Shown here: positions 8,369 through 17,070 of the stretch, piece after piece | Numbering within the stretch: the stretch's first letter is position 1 | How the letters are laid out: the number at the start of each line of letters is the position of its first letter | Assembly (NCBI GenBank): GCA_964584965.1 | Contig: CAZPBM010000018.1 | Span: 6,287 to 70,286 of the forward strand | DNA from: an uncultured Candidatus Bathyarchaeia archaeon | Lineage (GTDB): Archaea; Thermoproteota; Bathyarchaeia; Bathyarchaeales; DTEX01 | DNA length: 64,000 nucleotides | Direction of reading: 5' to 3' | The notes under the pieces: generated by a model | What the model saw: the letters and a program-made list of their open reading frames with translations, nothing else | Database searches by the model: none | What the model was told of the DNA's origin: nothing | Position numbers and translations under genes: made by a program

Positions 8369-10670
8369 CGTTGGAAGCGTCAAAGGCTGGATATTCAACC
8401 TTTACCCGGAAAAACCAGGGCAGATAGCAGTCTGGATCAAAAAAGAAAATGGCGAATGCCAGAAACTCGTAGACAAGTGGAGCCCATCATTCTATGTTTC
8501 CGCGCCAAGCATGCTAGACCTATCTAAGCTAGGATGGTACCTGCCTAAAAACGAGGTTTCAGCCGAATACGAATACGTGGAAAAATACGCCAGCCTCCAA
8601 GCCCAAAAACGAACAAAGGTTTTGAAGGTCACCGTTCCAGACGACGCCAGCCTACGGTTCCTAGCAAACCACATTTGGAGGCTGGGCGAGTACGGGAAAT
8701 ATAGGCTTTGGAACGTGGACATACCGCTTCCTCAAATGTACCTTTTCGACCGAGACCTTTTCCCCATGGCCTACGTGGAAGCTGCGGCAAACGATGGAAA
8801 TGTTTCCTGGAAGCTGATGGACTCCGCGGAAAACGTGGATTACCAAGTTCCCCTGTTGAAAACCGTGCATGTCACGGTTGAACTGAACCAGAAAGGAGCG
8901 ACGCCCCGGTTCAGCGACCCAATAGCCGATATACAGGTGAAATTCGACAAAGAAAAGGTGACCGTTGACCGCGGCGACGAAGCCGAAAAGATTCTGGCGC
9001 TCGTGGAAACAATCCAAAAAACAGACCCCGACATCATCATCACGGACGGCGGGGACTCCTTTATTTTCAGCTACCTCGCTAGGCGGGCACTAGTGAACGG
9101 CGTGTTGTCCAACCTTGTTCTGGGTCGAGAGAAAGCAGGCGTCGAAACCGTGCAGAAGAAAGGAACCACCTATTTCTCGTATGGGCGCGTCTACTACCGT
9201 GCTGCACCTCAAAGACTTCTCGGAAGGCTGCACATCGACCTTGAAAACTGCGGCTTATACGTTCACTACGGGCTGGAAGGGCTCATTGAGGTTTCCCGAA
9301 CCTGCCGGATGCCGTTGCAGATGACCTCCAGAGTAACCATAGGAACCACCATGAAATCGGTTCAGCTCTACCAAGCTATTAAGGACGGGTTCATAATTCC
9401 ATGGAAGAAAAGCGAACCGGAAAACTTCAAGAACGGCATGGACCTGCTGGTGGCTGACAGAGGCGGCTTCTATTTCGAACCTAAACTTGGAATCCACGAC
9501 AACATCGGCGAACTGGACTTCTCAAGCATGTACCCTATGCTTATGCTTCAAAAAAACATCAGCCCAGAAACCGTAGGTTGCAAGTGTTGCCCAGACTCGA
9601 AAAACCGCGTGCCCGAGATCGGTTTCAATATATGCGAGAAACGCAGGGGACTCATCCCGAAAGTTCTGGAACTACTGCTCAGAAAACGGCTCTACTACAA
9701 AAAGATGAGAAACGAAGCCACCGACCCAGAGACCCGTAGAAAATACGACCAGAGACAGGCCGCCTACAAGATCATTCTGTGCACATGCTTCGGCTACCTC
9801 GGGTACAGAAACGCCCGGTTCGGCAAGGTTGACGCCCACAACGCGGCGTGCGCCTTCGCCCGAAAGACCTTGCTGGACACCGCCAAGCTGGTGGAGAAAC
9901 GAGGATTCGAGATCGTCCACGGGATAGTTGACTCGCTCTACATTAAGAAAGCGGGAGCTACAGACAAGGACTTCATTGATCTGTGCAGAGAAATCACGGA
10001 GGCGACGGCTTTACCCATTTCTTTTGAGGGACGGTACCGCTGGATAGTGTTCTTGTCTTCTAAAACCCATTTTGGAGTTCCTGTACTGAACCGGTTTTAC
10101 GGCGTCTTTCAGGACGGAAAGGTCAAAGCGCGTGGAATAGAGATCCGCCGAAGAGACACTCCTCGAATTGTTAGCCGCTTTCAGAATGATGTACTTCAGG
10201 AACTAGCGAAGGCCAGAAACTCTGAAGAATTCTACCAGCAAATCCCCAACGCCTTTAACATTCTTAAGAAATACGCTGCCATGATCCTGGACAGAAAAGT
10301 AGACTTAGAAGACCTCATGATAGAAAAGCATCTTTCCAAAGATCCCTGTGACTACATCACAAACGCACACCAAGCCATAGCAGCAAGACAGCTTTGCAGA
10401 CATGGAGTAGACGTAACCGCAGGCCAAACTATTAAGTACATAATTTTGGACGCTGACAACAAACACCCGGAAAGACGTGTTAAAGCGTCTCAACTGATAG
10501 ACGTAAAAACCAACTGCGACACACAGAAATACCTTTACGCACTAGAAGATGCACTTCTCAACATTCTGGCCCCTTTTATCCACAAAAACTGCTTTACCAT
10601 TCAAGTCCGTTCCGAAATTAAACAATGGTTAAATCAAAAAACTAACATATCTTCCAATATTAGGAAATAA
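8334..10670 (+). CDS. polB2: Family B DNA polymerase, PolB2 (Dpo2) group
   Basis: Motif A DFSSMYP; motif B variant QAAYKIILCTCFGYLGY; motif C HGIVDS (first Asp of YGDTDS lost); degenerate exonuclease motifs; KARGIEIRRRD. Confidence 0.9.
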   Translation: MKDSSQPFSLNSVGSVKGWIFNLYPEKPGQIAVWIKKENGECQKLVDKWSPSFYVSAPSMLDLSKLGWYLPKNEVSAEYEYVEKYASLQAQKRTKVLKVTVPDDASLRFLANHIWRLGEYGKYRLWNVDIPLPQMYLFDRDLFPMAYVEAAANDGNVSWKLMDSAENVDYQVPLLKTVHVTVELNQKGATPRFSDPIADIQVKFDKEKVTVDRGDEAEKILALVETIQKTDPDIIITDGGDSFIFSYLARRALVNGVLSNLVLGREKAGVETVQKKGTTYFSYGRVYYRAAPQRLLGRLHIDLENCGLYVHYGLEGLIEVSRTCRMPLQMTSRVTIGTTMKSVQLYQAIKDGFIIPWKKSEPENFKNGMDLLVADRGGFYFEPKLGIHDNIGELDFSSMYPMLMLQKNISPETVGCKCCPDSKNRVPEIGFNICEKRRGLIPKVLELLLRKRLYYKKMRNEATDPETRRKYDQRQAAYKIILCTCFGYLGYRNARFGKVDAHNAACAFARKTLLDTAKLVEKRGFEIVHGIVDSLYIKKAGATDKDFIDLCREITEATALPISFEGRYRWIVFLSSKTHFGVPVLNRFYGVFQDGKVKARGIEIRRRDTPRIVSRFQNDVLQELAKARNSEEFYQQIPNAFNILKKYAAMILDRKVDLEDLMIEKHLSKDPCDYITNAHQAIAARQLCRHGVDVTAGQTIKYIILDADNKHPERRVKASQLIDVKTNCDTQKYLYALEDALLNILAPFIHKNCFTIQVRSEIKQWLNQKTNISSNIRK

Positions 10671-10693
10671 CGGAACATAATTTTCTTCTATAT

Positions 10694-10730
10694 CTTTCAA
10701 TTCCCTTTATTTTGGATTTCTCTCTGCGAC
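10694..10730 (-). CRISPR. Solitary CRISPR-like repeat (37 nt, no array, no cas genes in window)
   Basis: GTCGCAGAGAGAAATCCAAAATAAAGGGAATTGAAAG: 37 nt, GT start, ATTGAAAG 3' handle. Confidence 0.55.
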
Positions 10731-10799
10731 CATATTAAGCGTTGGTCGCCTAAGAAAAAGCTGGGGCTTAAGCAACCTTTAAAAGTAGAAAAATCCTAG

Positions 10800-10950
10800 G
10801 ATATCATGGCATCCAAACTCGATACAAGCTAGTAAGCTGTACGAAAAAAGATTAGAAGACTCGGTTTAGAAGTAGTAGTCACGCAGAATTTTTAGTGGAC
10901 TACTACTTCTCGATTGAAAATTCCTAGGAAGCTACCAGTAGAAAGTAGGC
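10800..10950 (+). pseudogene. Remnant of a small element-associated HTH-like gene
   Basis: DIMASKLDTS**AVRKKIRRLGLEVVVTQNF*WTTTSRLKIPRKLP with in-frame stops. Confidence 0.4.
10868..10910. repeat. 13-bp perfect inverted repeat
   Basis: AGAAGTAGTAGTC-N17-GACTACTACTTCT. Confidence 0.85.
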
Positions 10951-11012
10951 AAATTTCTCGAGTGAGCAGCGATGAATACCCAGGATTCCGTTGAAGGTGT
11001 TATATCAAGTTT

Positions 11013-11402
11013 TGGGACATAGATCGCACATTCTGAGAAGTAGTGAATAATGACCATAGTAGACTCTTACAAAATACGACCAATTGGGCAACTAACGAGG
11101 AAAAACCTGTTAAAGTTAAAGAACCTGGCGTACTGGATGTTACAGTTTTGCGCCAGAAGGAAACGATAACCGTTCACTTGGTTAACCTCACCAATCCCAT
11201 GATGATGAAAGGACCTTTCAGAGAACTAATACCGTTAAACGCGCAACAGGTTTGCGTACGTATTCCAGAAGGTAGGAAAACGAAGAAGGTAAAGCCTCTC
11301 GTAAATAAGTCAACCCCCAAAGTTGAAAAGTCCGAAAGACATGTAAATTTAACTTTTCCGTTCATTGTGGATCATATAGTTGTAGCCATAAACTTGATAT
11401 AA
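11013..11402 (+). pseudogene. C-terminal fragment of a glycoside-hydrolase-like (GHL6/beta-galactosidase trimerisation domain) gene
   Basis: WDIDRTF*EVVN (TGA at 11034 at a usual Trp position)...VHLVNLTNPMMMKGPFRELIP; catalytic N-terminal part absent. Confidence 0.65.
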
Positions 11403-11441
11403 AAGATGAACAAGACTTGACTCCATAATAAAATAGTCTGA

Positions 11442-13709
11442 TTAAGTTCTTTTAAATAAAAAAAGGTTTTTTTTATTTCCTCTCTTGTAAATTATGCTTG
11501 ATTTTTTGTTACGCTTTTTTATTTTAATAATTATAGCGTCTACATCATGAGCTTTAATCTTTATTTTGGTTTTTACAATGGCTCCTATTCTTTTTTGTGG
11601 AATTGTTTCGTCTGTACTTAGCATTGTAGCTTTGGTGACCTTTGTGTCGGATATGCCCAAGGCTTTTAAATTAACCGATACATCACATGTTACATCTTTT
11701 TCCTTTGTGTTCCACATTGCTATTGCAGCTCCTTTTTGGTTTATGTAGACCTTCGATAAAATGTCAGGGGTCGAAGTGTCTAGGCCAACATCGTCCATGA
11801 ATCGCCCATAGAAGAAGAACTCTTTTCCCTTCTTCCATAAGTGTTCTATTTTTTCCATCGCCGCTTTGGCTTTGGTCCACTCTTCGTCTGTTAAGTCGGG
11901 TTTCCGTTTTGAGGGTCCGAATCCGCGGAGGCGCAGACCCATAACAAAAAAGTAGTTAATTCCGTAGATTTTGTCTAGGGATGGGGGAAAGGTGTAGCCT
12001 TCTCCCGACGTTATGTATGATGGTAAAGTATACCTCCACATCTCAGCAAAGGTTTCTCTTTCAGGGTGAACGCTCATGTTTGCCCAAGAAAGAGGGTTTT
12101 TGTCGTAGTGAAAATCGAGATATTGCCCATATGCGTCATTCATTCCCTCGGTGTAAAGGAAAGATTCTGGGTTGATTTTTCTTGTCTCTTCCCTGATTTT
12201 GTGGAACAGCTGGCAAAGCCCTGGTCCCCAAGCGTTTGCTGGCGTAGTGTGGCCGTGGTTCTTGTTGTAGCAGAGCTCAGCATAATAGGAGCCAGGTTGG
12301 TCAATGAATAGTCCATCAATATGGTAGTCTTTGATAATTCTGGTTGACTCTGAAATAATGTGGTTTTGCCAGTCCTTTACTGATGGGCACATGACAACGA
12401 ACCATCCTTCGCTTTTACTTGACCTTGTCCATTCTTGGTTCCAGTTCTCATGAAGTTCGAAAAAGTCAATGGTGTTTACGCCTAAATTTGGTGCTTTGCC
12501 TAAAACCGCCCATTTCTTTCCATATTTTTTGTACGTTTCAGTTTCAATGTTTACAATTCTCCCATTAATGTACGCACTGACGGTTACACCGAGACTGTGA
12601 AGGCTATCTACTGCTTTTACTAATGAGTTTTCTCCACCTAAGTCTGGAATTGGCTTATATTCAGGGTAAAACGTGTCGTGTCCGTTATAAAACCATCCAA
12701 CAAGCATAAGCATTAAACCGTGAAAGGGCGATTCCATATCCCTTATTTCTCGAACAACATCATCATAGGTATTTTCAACTTCTTCTCTCATATTCTTTAC
12801 ATTAATACCTTGTAGCCACATCATTTCTTTGACATGCTTTGAAATTTTTGGCTTTCTAATCCACGTTTGCAGCCAATCTCTGTATCTATCAGCTCCCCAA
12901 TGCCAGTCTCCGCTGTGAATTCCAGTTGAATAAATTGGCGATTCCCAAGAATTTCCTGATGTTACAAACGGAAACTTTGAGGTCCACATTGAGGCATTTT
13001 TGTCTTCAAATCCCTTAGCTCGACCAAAGGATAGTATTGTATATTCTAGGCTCTTATCGTAGGATGCCATGTATAATCCCGCTTTGGATGAGTAGTATTC
13101 AAACCATTGCATTGACGCTCGGCCAGGATATTCTAAATATACTACTGGAATCTCATCTGAGAGTTTGTCAATCGGGTCTGTGAGCTTTTGTCCTGATGAA
13201 GCTGGCATAATTAACGAATCGAGCTTTGTCAAACCTGAAATAAAGGGGAAATCAATTTCTCTAATTGTTCCTTCATCATTGTTTTCAACATAGATTTTCC
13301 ATTGCGTTTCGTATTTGTCGGATTTTAACTCCACTGTGTATTTAACTTTGACTTTAATGGTTCTCCGTTCAAGTCGTAGCTGATTGTACTCTATCTCAAG
13401 CTTAGCCCCATCTTCGCTTTTTATAAAGTTGCGAGAGTAAAGTTTCTGCACACTACTGTTAATTGTTGTTCCATAAACTGCGCTCCAAGGATCTTTTATT
13501 GCTGCTCCATGAATGCTCCATACACAATAGATAATCCTAAAAACTTCTGGCACTCCGTTCTCTAGGAATTCGATGTTTTGTTCCTTGTTCAGAAGCCCCT
13601 TTACGCAACCATTTTTTACGTCAATTTTTATCTCGATTTTTGAGTTTCCAAAAAATAATAATTCGTTTTCCTCATACAAGTAACAGTCATTCACCAAAAA
13701 ACTCTCCAT
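11442..13709 (-). CDS. Putative glycoside hydrolase (DUF6259-like, beta-sandwich + TIM barrel)
   Basis: HSGDWHWGADRYRDW, GHDTFYPEY, LGGE, MCPSVKDWQ, IDGLFIDQ, YTEG. Confidence 0.7.
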   Translation of the reverse strand: MESFLVNDCYLYEENELLFFGNSKIEIKIDVKNGCVKGLLNKEQNIEFLENGVPEVFRIIYCVWSIHGAAIKDPWSAVYGTTINSSVQKLYSRNFIKSEDGAKLEIEYNQLRLERRTIKVKVKYTVELKSDKYETQWKIYVENNDEGTIREIDFPFISGLTKLDSLIMPASSGQKLTDPIDKLSDEIPVVYLEYPGRASMQWFEYYSSKAGLYMASYDKSLEYTILSFGRAKGFEDKNASMWTSKFPFVTSGNSWESPIYSTGIHSGDWHWGADRYRDWLQTWIRKPKISKHVKEMMWLQGINVKNMREEVENTYDDVVREIRDMESPFHGLMLMLVGWFYNGHDTFYPEYKPIPDLGGENSLVKAVDSLHSLGVTVSAYINGRIVNIETETYKKYGKKWAVLGKAPNLGVNTIDFFELHENWNQEWTRSSKSEGWFVVMCPSVKDWQNHIISESTRIIKDYHIDGLFIDQPGSYYAELCYNKNHGHTTPANAWGPGLCQLFHKIREETRKINPESFLYTEGMNDAYGQYLDFHYDKNPLSWANMSVHPERETFAEMWRYTLPSYITSGEGYTFPPSLDKIYGINYFFVMGLRLRGFGPSKRKPDLTDEEWTKAKAAMEKIEHLWKKGKEFFFYGRFMDDVGLDTSTPDILSKVYINQKGAAIAMWNTKEKDVTCDVSVNLKALGISDTKVTKATMLSTDETIPQKRIGAIVKTKIKIKAHDVDAIIIKIKKRNKKSSIIYKRGNKKNLFLFKRT

Positions 13710-13937
13710 TATTGCGCATAATACAAATAACAACTATACATAATAAATAGTTAATACCAGACTAAAAGCCACTTGTATTTGAAAAATGAAGTCCCCTGAC
13801 TAATGTACCGCAGAAATAAGCTTGACTTTATTTTTTAGCCCCTACCCACTAGGTTTTTTCAGCATCCGTTGCAGCTAAGGTCCCAGCAGGCTTCAGCCAC
13901 GAATGCGAAATTGCCGGCATCAAATTGTTAAAGAAGC

Positions 13938-14170
13938 TTAAATAACACATAGTGATCTAGGAGAATGCAAAATTGGGCCAAAAGAACCCCGCAAGCCAAA
14001 GGACGGGGTCAAGCCTTCCTCTTCATTCCACGGGTATAAAGGCTCCTTATTCCTCAGCATCCAATAGAAGACCTTCAACATCTTCCTAGCAGTAGCCATA
14101 ACAGCAATCTGCTTCCCCTTCTTCCCAGCAAGCCTATGATAAAACAGAGAAAGCCATAAACGATATTGAG
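13938..14170 (-). mobile_element. IS110-family transposase C-terminal remnant
   Basis: FYHRLAGKKGKQIAVMATARKMLKVFYWMLRNKEP matches the IS110 C-terminal signature; the ORF-track ORF is a chimera with the integrase remnant. Confidence 0.75.
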
Positions 14171-14176
14171 CATCAA

Positions 14177-14589
14177 GCCCTGATCTTCGGAAAAGACAGG
14201 ATCGTTCTAAGTTCGTCTCTGGTCGGAACCCTCTCATCAACAATCGTAGGCGTAGAGTTACGGTTCCCAATCCTGATCTTCCTAACAAGTCTTACCTCGA
14301 TATAGTTCAGCCAAGACCGAATCGCCTAAAGATAGTTATCAATGTAGTTAGGAGCCTTTTCTACGCCATGAAGTTTAGAGACAAAATCCATAAGCAAATC
14401 TTCAACCTTACTCCTATCCTTCTTCGCAAGATCGGCGAGCTCTTAAGGCGTCATATTCTGCATCTTAACGAACCTTTAGAGAATGTGGGCGTTCTCCTTA
14501 GCCGTGACCAAGCTTCCCATTGCCATGTTCTCAAACCAACGCCTAAAATCAAGGCTTTCCAGAAGGTGAGTCCACTGGGCCTGCTTCAT
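14177..14589 (-). pseudogene. Tyrosine recombinase/integrase N-terminal remnant
   Basis: MKQAQWTHLLESLDFRRWFENMAMGS...MTP*ELA...VEDLLMDFVS...APNYIDNYL*AIRSWL...RKIRIGNRNSTPTIVDERVPTRDELRTIL; three stops, truncated by the IS110 piece; 62 bp from the tRNA 3' end. Confidence 0.75.
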
Positions 14590-14651
14590 CCAACAATCGC
14601 CAAGAATAAGGGCAAGTAGAACTTATTTAAATCTTTTATGGACAAAATTTA

Positions 14652-14844
14652 TGGTGGGGCTGGTCGGATTTGAACCGGCGGCCTTTCCCCGGAGTCAAGT
14701 TTTGCTTGCTCCTACGGGTTTCTCCGTGCTCCAGAACTTCTTCATCCCATGTTCTGGTCCGCAAACCCGTTGTTGCTTTCTGGAGCCCTTAACGGTTAGG
14801 CCTTGTTGTCTAACTGTCGTCATACCGTACTAGACTACAGCCCC
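14652..14844 (-). tRNA. trnW: tRNA-Trp(CCA) with three BHB introns (28/29, 37/38, 43/44)
   Basis: Exons 14844-14816, 14788-14780, 14719-14714, 14684-14652 give a 77-nt cloverleaf with ACGGG-CTCCAGA-CCCGT anticodon arm and encoded CCA. Confidence 0.9.
14720..14779 (-). ncRNA. Intronic box C/D guide RNA (predicted Cm34, Cm39 of tRNA-Trp)
   Basis: Guide ACGGGTTT+G+CGGA (D'), C' box ATGAAGA, guide TTCTGGAGC+A+CGGA (D); the N+5 rule points to C39 and C34. Confidence 0.8.
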
Positions 14845-14942
14845 ACAACCCACAATTTTTTGAGAATCAACATATATGCGTTACGTTCATAAGCCACTGT
14901 TTGAAACGAAAGGTTAAAAAACCGCAATTCAAAAATATTCAC

Positions 14943-15065
14943 GGGTTGCCGGCCATAGGGCGTGGGACCCACCCGAACCCATTCCGAACTCGGAAGTTAA
15001 ACCGCGCTCCGTTCCTGGTGGTAGTGCAGTCTTCGGCTGTGCGAAGCCAGGAAAGCTGGCAACCC
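14943..15065 (+). rRNA. rrf: 5S rRNA (unlinked)
   Basis: GGGTTGCC...GGCAACCC terminal helix; CCCGAACCCATTCCGAACTCGGAAGTTAAACC conserved core. Confidence 0.95.
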
Positions 15066-15166
15066 ACTTATTTACTATTTCCTATATCTTTTTAGACAGT
15101 TAAAGTTAAAATTACGCTCTTGTATTACATTCATTCTAAATCTAGAGATCTTGGAGAACAACCAGC

Positions 15167-16987
15167 ATGAGTCTCATTGAGTATTTGGAAACTAAGGCTA
15201 ATGTTTTGAGGTTACACAGCATAAGAGCCACAACCAAAGCTGGGTCAGGCCACCCGACTAGCTGCATGTCAGCAGCAGAGATCGTGGCAACACTGTTCTT
15301 TAAGGAAATGAATTTTGACCCCGAAAACTTAGACTACATAGATAATGATGAGTTCGTTTTATCAAAAGGTCACGCTGCACCTGTTTTATATGCAGCCTTG
15401 GCTGAACTGGGCGTAATTCCCAAGGAAAAGATATTGACCTTGAGGGAGTTTGATTCCGAGCTTGAGGGTCACCCAGTTCCAAGACTAAAGGGCATTAGAG
15501 TCGGAACTGGTTCTCTCGGTCAGGGCTTAGCGATCGGCGTAGGCATGGCATATGCAAAAAAATTGCTTGGCATAAACCGCCGAGTTTACGTGCTTTTAGG
15601 CGACGGAGAAATGGCTGAGGGTTCGGTGTGGGAGGCAATTAACTTTGCAGGTCGGCTAGGGCTTTCACACTTAACCGCGATTGTAGACGTAAACAGACTT
15701 GGGCAAAGCGGACCTACGTTGTATGAGTGGCAGGTAGACGCCTATGCCAAGAGGATTGCAGCTTTTGACTGGGATGTCTTCATCTGCAACGGCCACGATG
15801 TCAAAGATCTTTTAGAAGCTTTCAGCAAGGCTAAAGCATCACATAGGCCCTCTTTTATTGTTGTAAAGACAGTTAAAGGAAAAGGTGTAAGCTTCCTTGA
15901 GAACGCCGAAGGCCGACATGGTAGACCCTTAACAAAAGAAGAGCAGATAAAAGCAGAAAACGAGTTGACGCCTAAAATCAGAGATGTTGACTATAAGCCG
16001 TCAAATTTCATCAAAGCGAATATGCCACTTTGCAACCCCGCCCAAAAATTTTCGATCGAGACAAACTATAAACTGGGTGAGAAAGTGGCAACCAGAGCGG
16101 CATATGGCAAGGCTTTACAGAAGCTGGGAAGAATGGACAAGAACATGGTGGTTCTCGATGGCGATGTCCAAAATTCTACTTTTACCATCAACTTTTTTGA
16201 GGAGTTCCCCCAGCGAAGCCTCCAATGCTATATAGCTGAGCAGAACATGGTCAGCATAGCAGTTGGATTGCAGACTCACGGGTTCAATGTGTTCCTTTCC
16301 AGCTTCGCATGCTTCTTAGCCAGAGCCTACGACCAGTTCAGGATGGCGTCGTACTCGAGAGCAAATCTGAAAGTCACAGGTTCTCACGCGGGAATCTCAA
16401 TAGGCGAAGATGGACCTTCTCAGATGGGGCTTGAGGATTTAGCGATGTTCCGAGCCCTAATCAACAGCGTAGTTCTTTATCCGTGCGACGCAGTTAGCAG
16501 CGAAAAACTCACGTGCCAAATGGCTAACTTCAGGGGCATTTCCTACTTAAGGACAACAAGGCCTTCGACTCCCGTAATCTATGACAATACAGAAGAGTTC
16601 CACATTGGCAGTTCGAAAGTTCTTAGGCAAACAGAAAATGACCAAGCAACAATCGTTGCAGCTGGCGTTACGGTTCACGAAGCTTTGAAGGCGCACGAAA
16701 TTCTTGCACGAGACAACATTGCTGTGAGGGTTATAGACTGTTACTCGGTAAAGCCATTGGATGTGGAAACCTTGACTAAGGCTGCCAAAGAATCTGGGCA
16801 TATTGTGACTGTCGAAGACCATTATCCAGAGGGAGGGATAGGAGAAGCTGTCGCATCGTTAGGGTTACGTCCAACAATTCTTGCTGTTGGGAAAATGCCG
16901 CACTCAGGACCCCCTGAGATGCTTCTCGCAGAGCAAGGAATAGACGCAAATGGTATAGTGAAAGCAGTTAAAAGCATCGTAGGCTAA
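15167..16987 (+). CDS. tkt: Transketolase, single chain
   Basis: GSGHPTS, LSKGHAAP, GDGEMAEG TPP motif, IAEQNM, GEDGPSQM. Confidence 0.93.
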   Translation: MSLIEYLETKANVLRLHSIRATTKAGSGHPTSCMSAAEIVATLFFKEMNFDPENLDYIDNDEFVLSKGHAAPVLYAALAELGVIPKEKILTLREFDSELEGHPVPRLKGIRVGTGSLGQGLAIGVGMAYAKKLLGINRRVYVLLGDGEMAEGSVWEAINFAGRLGLSHLTAIVDVNRLGQSGPTLYEWQVDAYAKRIAAFDWDVFICNGHDVKDLLEAFSKAKASHRPSFIVVKTVKGKGVSFLENAEGRHGRPLTKEEQIKAENELTPKIRDVDYKPSNFIKANMPLCNPAQKFSIETNYKLGEKVATRAAYGKALQKLGRMDKNMVVLDGDVQNSTFTINFFEEFPQRSLQCYIAEQNMVSIAVGLQTHGFNVFLSSFACFLARAYDQFRMASYSRANLKVTGSHAGISIGEDGPSQMGLEDLAMFRALINSVVLYPCDAVSSEKLTCQMANFRGISYLRTTRPSTPVIYDNTEEFHIGSSKVLRQTENDQATIVAAGVTVHEALKAHEILARDNIAVRVIDCYSVKPLDVETLTKAAKESGHIVTVEDHYPEGGIGEAVASLGLRPTILAVGKMPHSGPPEMLLAEQGIDANGIVKAVKSIVG

Positions 16988-17070
16988 GACTTTCTCGAAC
17001 CTTTTTATTCAGCATAAGAATAACATATCAAATGTTTAGAATAAGTCTCGAAAAGTAGAGCAACGGATGT

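Larger units (their letters stand above)
4956..14660. mobile_element. Probable degenerate integrated element at the tRNA-Trp 3' end
   Basis: TATGGTGGGGC direct repeat at 4956-4966 and 14650-14660 (tRNA 3' end); integrase pseudogene next to the tRNA; many gene fragments inside. Confidence 0.5.

Noticed and set aside
11034..11036. TGA at a Trp position as evidence of recoding
   Set aside because: The gene is also 5'-truncated, and TGA is a normal stop for intact genes in this window
14179..14282. Direct repeat CCTGATCTTC as target-site duplication
   Set aside because: One copy lies within integrase coding sequence (KIR); short and does not flank the IS fragment
13938..14288. 116-aa ORF as one gene
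   Set aside because: Chimera: an off-frame reading of the integrase remnant joined to the IS110 C-terminus
14651..15095. ORFs 14651-14833 and 14901-15095
   Set aside because: They overlap tRNA-Trp and 5S rRNA
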